Source: Squalus acanthias
Taxonomy: Eukaryota
Length of the DNA: 64,000 nucleotides
Direction of reading: 5' to 3'
Assembly: GCA_030390025.1 (NCBI GenBank)
Contig: CM059433.1
Coordinates: 32,118,001-32,182,000, forward strand
The notes beneath the pieces are model-generated. The model searched no databases. It had not been told where the DNA came from and worked only from the letters and a program-made list of their open reading frames with translations. A program made the translations under genes and the position numbers. Below, piece by piece: positions 23,465 to 37,802 of the stretch; within the stretch, counting starts at the first letter, position 1, and each line of letters begins with the position of its first letter.

Positions 23465-26430
23465 TTTTCTAATTTATTCATTCATGGGATGTGGGCTTCA
23501 TATTGCCCATCCGAAGTTGCCCTTGAGAAGGTGGTAGTGGGCCTTCTTCTTGAATCGCAGCTGAATGTGTGGTGAAGGTACTCCCACAATGCTGTTAGGT
23601 AGGGAGTTCCAGGATTTTGATGGCGATGTACGTCCAAGTCAGGATGGTGTGTGACTTGGAGGGGAACATGGAGGTGGTGGTGTATCCATGTGCCTGCTGC
23701 ACTTGTTCTTCTAGGTGGCAGAGGTCGCAGGTTTGGGAGGTGCCGTTGAAGAAGCCTTGGCGAGTTGCTGCAGTGCATCTTGCAGATGGTACACACTGCA
23801 GCCACGGTGGGGTGCCAATCAAGCGGGCTGCTTTGTTATGGATGGTGCGAGCTTCTTGAGTGTTGTTGGAGCTGCACTCATCCAGGCAACTGAAGAGTAC
23901 TGAATCACAATCCTGATTTCTGCCTTGTAGGTGGTGGAAAGGCTATGGGGAGTCAGGAGGTGAGTCACTCACCATAATAATATCCAGCCTCTGTCCTGCT
24001 GTTATAATCACAGTATCTATGTGGCTGGTCCAGTTAACTTCTGGTCAATGGTGACCCGCAGGATGTTGATGATGGGCGATTTGATCATGGTAATGCTATT
24101 GAATGTATGGGAAGGTGGTTAGACTCTCTCTTGTTGAAGATATTCATTGCCTACCTCTTGTATACTACGAATGTTACTTGCCACTTATCAGCCCAAGTCT
24201 GGATGTCGTCCAGGTCTTGATGTATGTGGGCACGGACTGCTTCATTATCTGAGGAATTGCAAATAGAATTGAACACTGTACAGTCATCAGTGAACATTCC
24301 CACTTCTGACCTTATGATGGAGGGAAGGTCATTGATGAAACCATTGAAGATGGTTGGCCTAGGACACTGCCCTGAGGAACTCCTGCAGCGATGTCCTGGG
24401 GCTGAGGTGATTGGCCTTCAACAACATCAACCATCGTCCTTTGTGCTAGGTATGACTCCAACCAGTGGAGAGTTTTCCCCCTGATTCCCATTGACTTTCG
24501 TTTTTCTAGGACTCCTTGGTGCCACACTCGGTCAAATGCTGCCTTGATGTCAAGGGCAGACAGTCTTACTTCACCTCTGGAATTCAGCTGTTTTGTCTAA
24601 GTTTGGACCAAGGCTGTAATGAGGTCTGGAGCCGAGTGGTCCTGGCAGAACCCAAACTGAGCATCGGTTAGCAGGTTATTCGTAAGTAAGTGCCGCTTGA
24701 TAGCACTATTGACGAGACCTTCCATCACTTTGTTGATGATTGAGAGTAGATTGATGGGGCGGTAATTGGCCATATTGGATTTGTCCTGCTTTTTGTAGAC
24801 AGGACATACCTGGCAATTTTCCACTTTATGGGATAGATGCCAGTGTTGTAACTGTACTGGAACAGCTTGGCTAGAGGCGCGGCTAGTTCTGGAGCACAGG
24901 TTTTCAGTACTAAAGCTGGGATGTTGTCGGGGCCACAGCCTTTGCTGTATCCAGTGTGCTCAGCCGTTTCTTGATATCACGTGGAGTGAATCGAATTGGC
25001 TGAAGACTGGCATCTGTGATGGTGGGGACCTCAGGAGGAATCTGAGATGGATCATCCACTTGGCACTTCTGGCTGAAGATGGTTGTGAATGCTTCAGCCT
25101 TGTCTGTTGTAGTCACGTGTTGTGCTCGGTCATTGTTGAGGACAGGGATGTTCATGGAGCCTCCTCCTTCCTGTAGTTGTTTAATTGTCCAGCACCATTC
25201 CTATTTCTTATGTTATGTTCTTATGATGAGGCATGTCTGCAGAGCTTGGATCTGATCCATTGGTTATGGGATCGCTTAGCTCTGTCTATAGCATGCTCCT
25301 CCTCTGCTTAGCATGCATCTAATCCCATGTAGTAGCTTCACCAGGTTAGCACTTCATTTTCAGGTATGCCTAGCAGTGTTCCCGGCATGCTCTCTACACT
25401 CTTCATTGAACCAGGGTTCATCGCCTGACTTGATGGTAATGGTCGAGTGAGAGATATGCGGGGCTATGAGGTTACAGGTTGTTGTGGAATACAATTTTGC
25501 TGCTGCTAATGGCCCATAGTGCCTCATGGATGCCCAGTTTTGAGCTGCTAGATCTGTTCTTAATCTAGCCCACTTAGCACGGTGGTAATGCCACACAACA
25601 CGATAGAGGATGTCTTCAGTGTGAAGATGGGACTTTGTCTCCACAAGGACTGTGCGGCAGTCAGGATCCTACCAATACTGTCATGGACAGATGCATCTGC
25701 GACAGGTAGTTTTGTGAGGATGCAGCCAAGGAGGTTTTTCTCTCATGTTGGTTCTCTCACCACCTTCCGCAAGCCCAGTCTGACAGCAATGTCCATCAAG
25801 ACTCAGCCAGCTCAATCAGCAGTGGTACGACCAGGCCACTCGGTGACGGACATTGACGTCCACCACTCAGAGTACATTCTGTGCCCTTGCTTCTTCCGAG
25901 TGGTGTTCAACATGGAGGAGTACTGATTCATCAGCTGAGGGAGGGTGGTAAGTGGTAATCAGCAGGAGGTTTCCTTGCCTATATGTGACCTAATGCCATG
26001 CAACTTTATGGGGTCTGGAGTCAACGTTGAAGGCTCCCATGGCCACGCCCTCCTGACTGTATACCACTGTGCTGCCACCCCTGGTGGGCCTGTCCTGCCA
26101 GTGGGACAGGACATATCCGGAGATACTGACATTGGCTGAAAGGTATGATTCTGAGAGTATGACTCTTTCAGGCTGTTGCTTTACTAATCTGTGGAACAGC
26201 TCTCCCAACTTTGGCACAAGTCCCCAGATGTTAGTGAGGAGGACTTTGCGGCGTCAACTGTGCTTTTGTCGTATTCAAATCCGATGCCTAGGTCGAAGCC
26301 GAGTGGTCCGTCCAGTTTTATTATACTTCTTTGTAGCAGTTTGATACAACTGAGTAGCTTGTTAGGCCATTTCAGAGGGCAGTCCTCTGGATTACTAGTC
26401 CAGTAACATAGCTACTACACTATCGTACCC
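23465..26430 (-). mobile_element. Second CR1-group LINE family (EN-RT, apparently no ORF1) with a tRNA-like 5' end
   Basis: EN (VILSESYL, DRPTRGG) and RT (NYRPINLL, QFGF, GVPQGSVLG). 3' tail ATGAATGAATAAA. 5' end GGGTACGATAGTGTAGTAGCTATGTTACTGGACTAGTAATCCAGAGG. Confidence 0.85.
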
Positions 26431-26442
26431 AGTAGAGTCTAT

Positions 26443-27337
26443 GGGGGAAAAATTCAGTTGGTTGCACCTCCCGTTAGCACCTTAAGAGGGCGCTAATGGG
26501 GCGCAAAGAGTCTAGCACCCGGGTGCGGCGATGTTTGCGCCGCTCGCGAAATTAACTAGACATTTTGCGGCGGCGCTAAAAACTACCGCCACAATCTCCT
26601 GCGCCGGCAGATCGTGACGTCAGTCGAGTGCGCAACGCCCCGGTATCGCCCCGGAGCGGATATTGAGTGGCGCCCCCTGCCTTACCACCTGCCGCTAGCA
26701 ACGACAGCTTGAGGGGAGCGTTTTGAAGTCAGGAAGGGACTGGGGGAGCGCTATTTAAAGGTGACCGCTTCCTGCCTTTTATTGTTGGTGACATTTTAGA
26801 ACCACGCATTCTGAGAGAGAGAGAGAGAGAGACTTCTGGAGAGATTCAACGCTGTGTAAAGGAGTTTTGGGTACTGAGCAGCACTTTGCAGGTTCATTTT
26901 GATTTGCCCTTCCTTGTAACGATTTAGAAGAGATTGTGGGGGCTGCACTCTGAGCTCTTTCCCTGGTACTCTTCATTGTTCTTTCCAGCAGATTTGATGT
27001 GCAGGTCTCTCCAGGCCGAGATTCAAGGCTGCAATGAGCAGGATGTGGATGGAAAGCAAGATCAACCCTCCCCTTTAAGAACTGGCCCGCGCCATTGTGT
27101 CTGTGTTCCATTGCTGACTGACATCACATGAGCTTCGCCAGCGTTCTGAGGTAGCGCCTCGCTCCTCGGCCTTTGCGCCTTAAGACAGGTGTGAAGCGCC
27201 TGATTTAGCGCTCCAATCACCTCCAGGGGCGATAAAAGTCAAGTTTGCAGTCGGTGGCGATAATTAACGCCAGGCGCTAATCTTTGCACCCGGACGATAA
27301 TTGCGCCCCAAATGGGGCGATACTGAATTTCTCCCCC
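26443..27337. mobile_element. Harbinger-type MITE, family B
   Basis: TIR GGGGGAAAAATTCAGT ... ACTGAATTTCTCCCCC (15/16), TSD TAT, inserted in CR1 ORF2. Confidence 0.9.
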
Positions 27338-28765
27338 TATGTATTTTATTTATATGGACTTCCAGAAGGCATTTGATAAGGTTCGACATAAGAGACTACT
27401 AACATAAATGACAGTGCATGGAATTGTAGGCAGCCTATTGGCTTGGACAGAGAACTGGATAGGAGGTAGGAGACAGAGAGTAGGGATAATGGGTATGTAC
27501 TCAAATTGGCAGGATGTGACTAGTGGTGTCCACCAGGGATCTGTACTGGGGCCACAGCTTTTCACTATATTTATAAATGACTTGGATGATGGAATAGAGA
27601 ACCGTATATCTAAGTTTGCTGACAACACTAAATTAGGTGGCATAGTAAGTAGTGTAGATGAGAGCAGCAAATTACAAAGGGACATTGATAGATTAAGTGA
27701 GTGGGCAAAACTTTGGCAGATGGAGTTCAATGTTGGAAAGTGTGAGGTCACCCACTTTAGACATAAGAAAGATTGATCAGGTTATTTTCTAAATGACGAG
27801 AAACTAAGAACTATGGATGAGCTGAGAGATTTAGGGGTCCAAGTACAGAAATCACTAAAAGCTAGTGGACAGGTACAAAAAATTAAAAAGGCTAATGGAA
27901 TGTTGGCCTTTATCTCAAGAGGGCTGGAATACAAAGGGGTGGAAGTTGTGTTACAGCTCTACAAAGCATCTGGTGAGACACCATGTGGAGTACTGCGTTC
28001 AGTTATGGGCACCAGACGTCGGGACGGATATATTGGCCTTGAAGGAGGTGCAGCGCAGATTCCCCAGAATGACACCAGGGCTAAAAGGGTTAAATTATGA
28101 GAACAGGTTGCATAGACTAGGCTTGTATTCCCTTTAATACAGAAGATTAAGGGATGATCTAATTGAAGTGTTTTAGATGATTAAATAATTTGATAGGGTA
28201 GCTGGAGAGAAACTACTTCCTCTGGTGGGAAAGTCCAGAACAAGGGGGCATAACCTTAAAATTAGAGCTAGGCTGTTCAGGGATGATGTCAGGAAGCACT
28301 TCTTCACACAAAGGGCAGTGGAAATCTGGAACTCTCTCCCCAAAAAAGCTGTTGAGGCTGGGGGTCAGTTGAAAATATCAAAACTGAGATTGAAAGATTT
28401 TTGTTCGGCAAAGGTATTAAGGGTTACGGAACCAAGATTGAGTTAAGATACAGAGCAGCCATGATCTCACTGAATGACGGAACAGGCTCAAGGGGCTAAA
28501 TAGCCTACTCCAGTTCCTATGCTCCCTTGATGCCCTGAGGTGATGGTGATGGTGTGCCTTCTCCTTGAACTGCAACAATCCTGAGATGTGCCTGGGAGGA
28601 CAGAGAAAGGACTGACTCTTTCCTCCACCCCAACACATCCACCCAGATTAAATTGTACTCACTGCAAACCAGAATGTTACACCTGATCTGAATACTTAAT
28701 TGTGTGGCAACTTTACAAATACACACGTACAAGCACTAGCACCATTTTTACCATGCTTCTCACTT

Positions 28766-29530
28766 ACATAAGAAATAATAACAGGAGTAGGTCATATGGC
28801 CCCTCGAGCCTGCTCCGCCATTCAATAAGATCGTGGCTGATCATCGACCTCAACTCCACTTTCCCGCCCGATCTCCATATCCCTTGATTCCCCTAGAGTC
28901 CAAAAATCTATCCATCTCAGCCTTGAATATACTCAAAGACTCAGCATTCACAGCCCTCTGGGGCAGAGAATTCCAAAGATTCACAACCCTCTGAGTGAAG
29001 AAATTCCTCCTCATCTCGGTCTTAAATGGCCTACCCCTTATCCTGAGACTATGCCCCCTAGTTCTGGACACTCCAGCCAGGGGAAACAACCTTTCAGCAT
29101 CTATCCTGTCAAACCCCTTCAGAATCTTGTATGTTTCAATGAGATCACCTCTAATTCTTCTAAACTCCAGAGAGTATAGGCCTATTCTACTCAATCTCTC
29201 ATCATAGGACAGCCCTCTCATCCAGGATTCAATCTAGTGAACCTTTGTTGCACCACCTCCAAGGCAAGTATATCCTTCCTTAGATAAGGAGACCAAAACT
29301 GTGCACAGTACTCCAGGTGTGGTCTCACCAAGGCCCTGTACAATTGTAGCAAGGCTTCCTTATTCTTATACTCCAACCCTCTTGCAATAAAGGCCAACAT
29401 GCCATTTGCCTTCCTTATTGCTTGCTGTACCTGCATGCTAGCTTTCTGTGTTTCTTGCACGAGGACACCCAAATCTCTCTGAACACCAACATTTGAAAGT
29501 TTCTCAACATTTCAAAAAATATTCTGTTTT
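28766..29530 (-). mobile_element. CR1 3' fragment
   Basis: LVRPHLEYC.QFWSPYLRKD and RGDLIETYKIL. Confidence 0.9.
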
Positions 29531-29792
29531 CCCCAGCCCCTAACACTAAACCCCAAATGATGTGGTTTCAATAGTCACTCCAAATATTAAATTACACATC
29601 ATACTTTTGAACCAGCTTCACCATCGCTGTTTTTCTATTCTTCCTACCATGACATACACTATTCTCTGCCAGTGCTACTCTTAATCCAACTTGGTTGCAG
29701 AAGAGTGAGATTTTCTTTTCGTCCTCACTAATCGCCACCGTGAATCTGCAGACTACAGTAATTGAGGAACAAATATTTCTCACAAGTTGAAA

Positions 29793-30212
29793 AAGAAAAG
29801 AAAGACTTGCCTTTCAAAACCTCAAGATGTCCCATTGCACTTTAGAGGCAATTTTGAAGTGTAATCACTGTTGTAACAGGAAACGCAGCAGTCAATTTGC
29901 ACACAGCAAGGTCCCACAAACAGTAATCTGATTTTTTTAAAGATGATGGTCGAGTGATAAATATTGGGCAGGACACTGGGGAGAACTCTCCTGCTCTTCT
30001 TTGAATAGTGCCATGAGAGGGCAGAGGGAGCCTCAATTTAACACCTCATCTGTAGGACAGGGCCTCCAACAGTGCGGCACTCCCTCAATATGGCACTCCC
30101 TCAGTATTGCACTGGAGTGTCAGCCTAGATTTTGTGCACAAGTCTCTGTAATGAGAATTGAACCCACAACCTTCTGACTCACAGACTCAAAGGCTATCTA
30201 CTGAGCCATGGC
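29793..30212 (-). mobile_element. Deu-domain SINE (SacSINE-like)
   Basis: tRNA head (GGCTCAGTAG...GTGGGTTCAATTC), Deu-like core and L2 tail; homologous to 40912-41697. Confidence 0.8.
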
Positions 30213-30724
30213 TGACTGCATGTTGAGTGATAGAAATTGTTTTATCTCCCACGTGGCTATGGAAAGTATCCAGCAAATGAATGGCAAGTGTATTATTTCC
30301 CTCAACAGGGAATAGGTCGTACACTGAACAGCAAGAATACACTAGGCTTGTATTTACAGACTCTCCTGAAAAGCAGACTGGACAAAAGTAATTATTTTCT
30401 GAAGTGAAATCAGAGCTGGGGAGGTGCTGTTAAAGATAAATACCTTAAGTAACTTTACTGAGTGGCAAGGTGGGAATATTCTTAAGTGTCTATTGTTGGA
30501 ATTCGTACATTATGTTATGTACAGAATGATAGAAAGAGAAACTTTTGATACCTATTTCATAAAGACCATTGTTTTTATTCACACTGCATTTTTGAACCTG
30601 CCATACAAGGTGGTTCTATATCTGCCCAATACAAGGCCACATGAATACTATAGGCACAATAGCTGGTCACTTCCATAGCAGGTGGATCTCGATTCAATCG
30701 TGGCAGTGATAGAATAGAGGTGCT

Positions 30725-33700
30725 GCACCCCACGAGCCTTTGAGTTGGAATCATACTATACCAATCTTCCACTCCTCCTTAGAAACGGGGGTGGTGCCAG
30801 AGGACTGGAGAATTGCAAATGCTACACCCTTGTTCAAAAAAGGGTGTAAAGATAAACCCAGCAACTATAGGCTGGTCAGTTTAACCTCGGTAGTGGGAAA
30901 GCTTTTAGAAACAGTAATCAGGGACAAAATTAACAGTCACTTGGACAAGTGTGGCTTAATTAAGGAAAGCCAGCACGGATTTGTTAAAGGCAAATCGTGT
31001 TTAACCAACTTGCTCGAGTTTTTTGATGAGGTAACAGAGAGGGTTGATGAGGGCAATGCGGTTGATGTGATGTACATGGATTTCCAAAAGGTGTTCGACA
31101 AAGTGCCACATAATAGGCTTGCCAGCAAAGTTGAAGTCCATGGAATAAAAGGGACAGTGGCAGCATGGATATGAAATTGGCTAAGTGACAGGAAACAGAG
31201 AGTAGTGGTGAACGGTTGTTTTTCGGACTGGAGGAAGGTATACAGTGGTGTTCCCTAGGGGTCGGTACTAAGACCACTGTTTTTCTTGATATATATTAAT
31301 GACTTGGATGTGGGTGTACAGGGCACAATTTCAAAATTTGCATATGACACAAAACTTGGAAGTATAGTGAACAGTGAGGAGGATAGTGATAGACTTCAAG
31401 AGGACATAGTCAGGCTGGTGGAATGGGCGGACACATGGCAGATGAAATTTAATGCAGAAAAGTATGAAGTGATACATTTTGGTCGAAAGAATGAGGAGAG
31501 GAAATATAAACTAAAGGGTACAATCCTAAAGGGGTGCATGAACAGATAGACCATGGGGTATATGTGCACAAATTATTGAAGGTGGCAGGGTAGGTTGAGA
31601 AAGCAGTTAAAAATGCTTGCGGGATCCTGGGCTTCATGAATAGAGGTATAGAGTATAAAAGCATGGAAATTATGATGAACCTGTATGAAACACTGGTTCG
31701 GCCTGAACTGGAGAATTGTGTCCAATTCTGGGCACCGCACTTTAGGAAGGATATGAAGGCCTAAGAGAGGGTGCAGAAAAGATTTACAAGAATGATTCCA
31801 GGGATGACAGACTTCAGTTATGTGGAGACTGGAGAAGCTGGGGTTGTTCTCCTTAGAGCAGAGATTGAGAGGAGATTTGATAGCGGTGTTCAAAATCATG
31901 AGTAGTCTGGACAGAGTAGATGGAGAGAAACTGTTCCCACTGGCAGAAGGGTCGAGAACCAGAAGACGTAGATTTAAGGAGATTGGCAAAAGTACCAAAG
32001 GCGACATAAGAACATAATAAGAACATAAGACGTAGGAGCTGGAGTAGGTCATTTGGCCCCTCGAGCCTGCTCCGCCATTCAATAAGATCATGGCTGATCT
32101 GATCTTGGCCTCAACTCCACTTCCCTGCCCACTCCCCATAAACCTTGACTCCCTTACCATTCAAAAATCTGTCTATCTCCACCTTAAATATATTCAATGA
32201 CTCAGCCTCCACAGCTCTCTGGGGAAGAGAATTCCAAAGATTCACGACCCTCTGAGAGAAGAAATTCCTCCTCATTTCCGTTTTAAATGGGTGCCCCCTT
32301 ATTCTGAAATTATGCCCAATAGTTCTAGATTCCCCCACGAGGAGAAACATCCTCTCTGCATCTACCCTGTCAAGCCCCTTCAGAATCTTATATGTTTCAA
32401 TAAGATCCCCTCTCATTTTTCTAAACTCCAATGAGTATAGGCCCAACTTGCTCAACCCTTCTTCATAAGACAACCCCTTCATCTCCGGAATCAACCTCGT
32501 GAGCCTTCTCTGAACTGCCTCCAATGCAAGTATATCCTTCCTTAAATAAGGAGACCAAAACTGTACGCAGTACTCCAGGTGTGGTCTCAGTTGTACAGTT
32601 GTAACAGGACTTCCCTACTTTTATACTGCATTCCCTTTGCAATAAAGGCCAACATTCCATTTGCCTTCCTAATTACTTGCTGTACCTGCATGCTAACTTT
32701 TTGTGATTCATGTAAAGGACCCTCAGATCCCTGTACCTCATCATTATGTAATCTCTCTCCATTTAAATAATAATTTGTTTTTTATTTTTCCTAACAAAAT
32801 TAGTTAACCTCGCATTTTCCCACATTATACTCCATCTGCCAGATTTTTGCCCACTCACTTAGCCTATCTATATCCCTTTGGAGATTCTTTGCGTCCTCCA
32901 CACAATTTGCTTTCCCACCTATCCTTGTATCATCAGCAAATTTGGCTACCTTACACTCGGTCCCTTCAACCAAGTCATTAATATAGATCGTAAATAGTTG
33001 AGGCCCCAGCACTGATCCCTGCGGCTCCCCACTAGTAACAGTTTGCCAACCTGAAAATTACCCATTTATCCCGACTCGCTGTTTTTTGTGAGTTAGCCAA
33101 TCCTCTATCCATGCTAATATATTACCCCCAACCCCGTGAGCTCTTATCTTGTGCAGTAACCTTTTATGTGGCACCTTATCGAATGCCTTCTGGAAATCCA
33201 AATACACAACATCTACTGGTTCCTCTTTATCCACCCTGCTCGTTGCATCCTCAAAGAACTCCAGCAAATATGTCAAACATGATTTCCCTTTCATAAAACC
33301 ATGCTGACTCTGCTTGACTATATTATGATTTTCTAAATGTCCTGCTACCACTTCCTTAATGATGGACTCCAGCATTTTCCCAATGACAGATGTTAGGCTA
33401 ACTGGTCTATAGTTGCCTGCTTTCTGTCTCCCTCCTTTCTTAAATAGGGGCATTACATTTGCGGTTTTCCAGTCCGCTGGGACCTCTCCAGAATCCAGGG
33501 AATTTTGGTAGATTACAACCAATGCATCCACTATCTCTGCAGCCACCTCTTTTAAGACCCTAGGGTGCAGGCCATTGGGTCCAGGGGACTTGTCCACCTT
33601 TAGTCCCATGAGTTTGCCTAGTGCTTTTTCTCTAGTGATAGTGATTGTTTTAAGTTCCCCTCCCACCCCAATAGCCCCTTGATTATCCATTATTGGGATG

Positions 33701-34905
33701 CTTTTAGTGTCTTCTACCATGAAGACTGATACAAAATATTTGTTCAAAGTCTCCGCCATTTCCCTGTTTCCCATTATTAATTCCCCAGACTCATCCTCTA
33801 AGGGACCAACGTTTACTTTAGCTACTCTCTTCCTTTTTATATACCTGTAGAAGCTCTTACTGTCTGTTTTTATATTTCTTGCTAGCTTACTCTCATAAGC
33901 TATCTTCTCTCTCTTTATCATTTTTTTAGTCGTCCTTTGCTGGTTTTTCAAAATTTCCCAATCCTCTGTCCTTCCACTATTCTTCGCAACATTGTATGCC
34001 TTTGTTTTCTATTTGATACCATCCTTTACTTCATTAGTTAGCCACGGATGGTTCATCCTTCTCTTAAGAGTCTTTCTTTCTCACTGGAATATATCTTTGC
34101 TGAGAGTTATGAAATATCTCCTTAAATGTTTGCCACTGCTTTTCTACAGTCTTACCCTGTAATATATTTTCCCAGTCCACTTTAACCAAGTCTGCCTTCA
34201 TACCTTTGTAATTACCTTTATTTAAGTTCAGGACACTAGTTTGAGACCTCGCTTTCTCACCCTCAAACTGAATTTGAAATTCTACCATGCTATGATCACT
34301 CTTCCCAAGAGGCTCCTTCACTTTGAGGTCATTAATTAATCCAGCCTCGTTACACATTACCAGATCTAAAATAGTCTGCTCCCTGGTTGGTTCCACAACG
34401 TATTGTTCCAAGAAACCATCTCGCATACACTCGAAGAACTCTTCCTCAAGTCTACCTTTGCCAATTTGCTTTGTCCAATCAATATGAAGATTAAAATCTC
34501 CCATGATTATAGCCGTTCTTTTCTTACAAGCCTCTATTATTTCTTGATTTATACTCTGTCTTACAATGTGGCTACTGTTTAAGGGCCTGTAGACCACTTC
34601 CACCAGTGACTTCTTACCCTTATTATTTCTTATCACCCAAACTGATTCTACGTCTTGATCTTCTGAGCCAATAAGAATAAACTTTTTTTCTCAGTGAGCG
34701 GTTAGGATCTGGAATGCACTGCCTGAAAAGGTGGTGGAGGCTTTCAAGAGGGAGTTGGGTAAGTACCTGAAAGAAAAATATTTGCAGGGCTATGATGAAA
34801 GGACGGAGGAGAGGGACTAGCTGAGGTGCTCTATCAGAGAGCCAGCACGGGCTCGACGGGCCGAATGGCCTTCTTCCATGCTGTAACAATTCTAGGATTC
34901 TATAA
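30725..34905 (+). mobile_element. CR1 LINE RT/3' region (30725-32012 and 34671-34905), split by the nested CR1
   Basis: RT motifs WRIANATPLFKKG, SQHGFVKGKSCLTNLLEFF and MDFQKVFDKVPH. The 3' end continues after 34671. Confidence 0.9.
32013..34670 (-). mobile_element. CR1 LINE, 5'-truncated ORF2, nested in another CR1
   Basis: EN and RT motifs including FADD, with a TTCTTATG tail. Flanked by ATAAGAA at 32006-32012 and 34671-34677. Confidence 0.93.
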
Positions 34906-36837
34906 TTCAAAGGAGAAATTGAATTCAAACAAAAACTAGGAATTTGTTAGTGCCAAAAATGACCCTGAAAGCTAAAACTCAACTAGTTCACTAATATAAT
35001 TCAGAGAAGGGAATCTGCAGGCCTACCCAGCCTGGCCTACATGTGAATCCAGTTCAAAGCTACAGGGTTGACTCTTATTGCCCTCAGAGCAACTAGGGAT
35101 GGGCAATAAATACCACCAGTGTCACCCACATCCCGGAAATGAAGCAAGCGATGCACAGAACGCGAAACAACCATTGCCACACCTTTCCACTCACTCATGA
35201 CTCATGCTGAAATATGAATTTTCAGTTATACACTTATAATCATTGAGCTCTCATTTAGATCAGGTGAAGTCAGTACAACATTGATTTATAGTTAGAGCTG
35301 CTCAGAATGCACTCATGAAGTGAGAAGTATTAAATACCCTGCCCAGTGCGTCCACAGGCGATTGAGTTTCAGTTTAATTCAGCGGGACTTTTGTATCAGA
35401 CAGTCACAGCAGTCTGATACGAAGCTCAGGCTTCGTACCCTTTCCGTGATTAGGTGAGTTGTGATATTGGGTGGACTTGATTACATTAAAACATCTGTTT
35501 GATGTGAAATATTGCCAGAGTTATCCGATTAAATTATCTTTTTATTTTATTCTGCCAATAAGGATGAAGCAACAGTTTTTCACTGTTAGGATTCCTCAAG
35601 CTTTTGGTAAGGATTTAACATGGCCATCAGTATATTCATCCAGCTAGCATCACTGGACCTTTGATTTCCTGTAACGTTATAGGGGAAACTGCTTGCTACT
35701 GGCCCTCAGGCTGCAAGTCCCACTAGCTGTAGGCATGCATGCATGACTCAGAAGCGATCAATTTTACTGTCTCTTCTGAGATCAGCCGAGCTACATCTTC
35801 ACTGAGAGCTCCCAGCCTGTCTCGGGTCACTCATAACAGGCTCACCCAATAGACATGGGATTTTCACTGCGGCTGCGACTTTTAAAGGTGAGCTGATTTC
35901 TTTCTTCAGAAAAAGGATAGGAGGCTGGAAATCATTGTAGCAAACACCCATAAAGAAACCCCGAGGAGCTGATCTTTCAGGAAGCATTTTAAAAGCCCTG
36001 TTCGCACCGGATGATAACCCTCCCCTCAGGACATTCGATTGGATGGAATGGGAGGAATTGGCACAAAATGATCAATACGGTGTTCAATGCTCAGAGGGCC
36101 TGTGAGAAATACGTTTTCTAGCTTTTAAAAACCTTCCAAGGCAAGGCTAGCCAGCATTTACTCCTCAAAATAAATGGACATACGATGCATGACTCAAGCT
36201 TGTTCAGAATAATGCATTTAAGGTGAAGCTAGATAAGCACATGATGGAGAAAGGAATAGAAGGATATACTGATGGGGTTAGATGAAGAGGAGGCTCATGT
36301 GGAGCATAAACTCCGGCATAGACGAGTTGGGCCGAATAGCCAGCTTCTGTACTGTAAATACTTAATAGAAATGAGCAAGTTAACCTGCTTCTTGTTAACT
36401 TACTTTCAAATGACTATTGGAAAATCTGAACTTGTTAAAAATAAAAGCTGCTTCTAGAGGGAAGCATAGCTGGGATGCAATTTTTTTCATAATTTGTCGG
36501 ATTTTCCTGTGCACAAATTGGTTGCTGCGTTTGCCAACATTATAGCAGTGAATACACTTCAGAAGTATTTCATTGGTTGTGAAGCTATTTGGGACATCCC
36601 AAGGACAAAAAGAGCCACTATATAAATGAAAGTTTGTGTTCTTCTTTCTTTATTTACATTTAATTTAAATGTTCCTGCCTGTTTCAGGTGAAAGTTCTTC
36701 ACCCACACCCGGATTACTCCTACAAATTCACATGAAGTGCTCCACTTTTTCCTGTTTTGAATCAAGAGGCAACCTGTTCTACAAAGCAGGGGGAAATCAG
36801 CCCCATTCTTTACTTTAATACTACAACAATGTAGTAA

Positions 36838-37802
36838 CGTGGCAGGAGTTCCTCAGGGCAGTGCCCTAGGCACAACTATCTTCAGCTGCTTCATCAATGA
36901 CCTTCTCTCCATCATAAGGTCAGAAGTGGAGTGTTCAGTTCCATTTGCAGCTCCTCAGATAATGAAGCAGTCTGTGCCCACATGCAGCATGACCTGGACG
37001 ACATTCAGGCTTGGGCTGATAAGTGGCAGGTAAAATTCACGCCACACAAGTGCCAGGCAATGACCATCTCCAATAAGGTAGATTCTAACTACCTCACCTT
37101 GACATTCAATGGCATTACCATCATCAAATCCCCCACCATCAACATCCTCGGGGTCACCATTGACCAGAAACTTAACGGGACCAGCCACATAAATACTGTG
37201 GCAACAAGAGCAGGTCAGAGGCTGGGTATTCTGCGGCGAGTGTCTCACCTCCTGACTCCCCAAAGCCTTTCCACCTTCTACAAGGCACAAGTCAGAAGTG
37301 TGATGGCATACTCTCCACTTGCCTGGATGAGTGCAGCTCCAACAACACTCAAGAAGCTCAACACCATCCGGGACAAAGCAGCCTGCTTGTTCAACACCCC
37401 ATCCACCACCTTTAACTCCCTCCGCACCATGGCTGCAGTGTGTACCATCTACAAGATGCACTGCAGCAACTCGCCAAGTCTTCTTCGACATCACCTCTCA
37501 AACCCTTGACCCCTACCACCTAGAAAGACAAGGACTGCAGGTGCATGGGAACACCACCACCTCCAATTTCCTCTCCAAGTCACACACCATCCTGACTTAG
37601 AAATTTATTGCCGTTCCTTCATCGTCGCTGGGTCAAAATCCTGGAACGCCCTACCTAACAGCACTGTGGGACTACCTTCAACACATGGACTGCAGCGGTT
37701 CAAGAAGGCGGCTCACCACCACCTTCTCAAGGGCAATTAGGGATGGGCAATAAATGCTGGCCTTGCCAGCGATGCCAATGTCCCATGAATGAATAGAAAA
37801 AA
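36838..37802 (+). mobile_element. 3' fragment of the same second LINE family
   Basis: GVPQGS.LG...WADKWQV.F...KC, homologous to the reverse complement of 23465-24390. ATGAATGAAT tail. Confidence 0.88.

Larger units (their letters stand above)
22975..28525 (+). mobile_element. CR1 LINE RT region (22975-23463, 26432-26442, 27338-28525), split by a second LINE and a MITE
   Basis: The RT reads ...NVLDK and resumes at YMDFQKAFDKV after the insertions. Also GV.QGSVLGP, FADN and a CR1 3' end. Confidence 0.88.

Noticed and set aside
26779..27111. 110-aa ORF recurring at 45443-45793 as a conserved gene
   Set aside because: It lies within two similar MITE copies and crosses a (GA)n microsatellite. 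No domain is recognised; at most it includes a Myb-start remnant.
36688..36735. Acceptor followed by VKVLHPHPDYSYKFT*, reminiscent of a serine-protease loop
   Set aside because: A stop codon follows immediately and no other protease exons were found.
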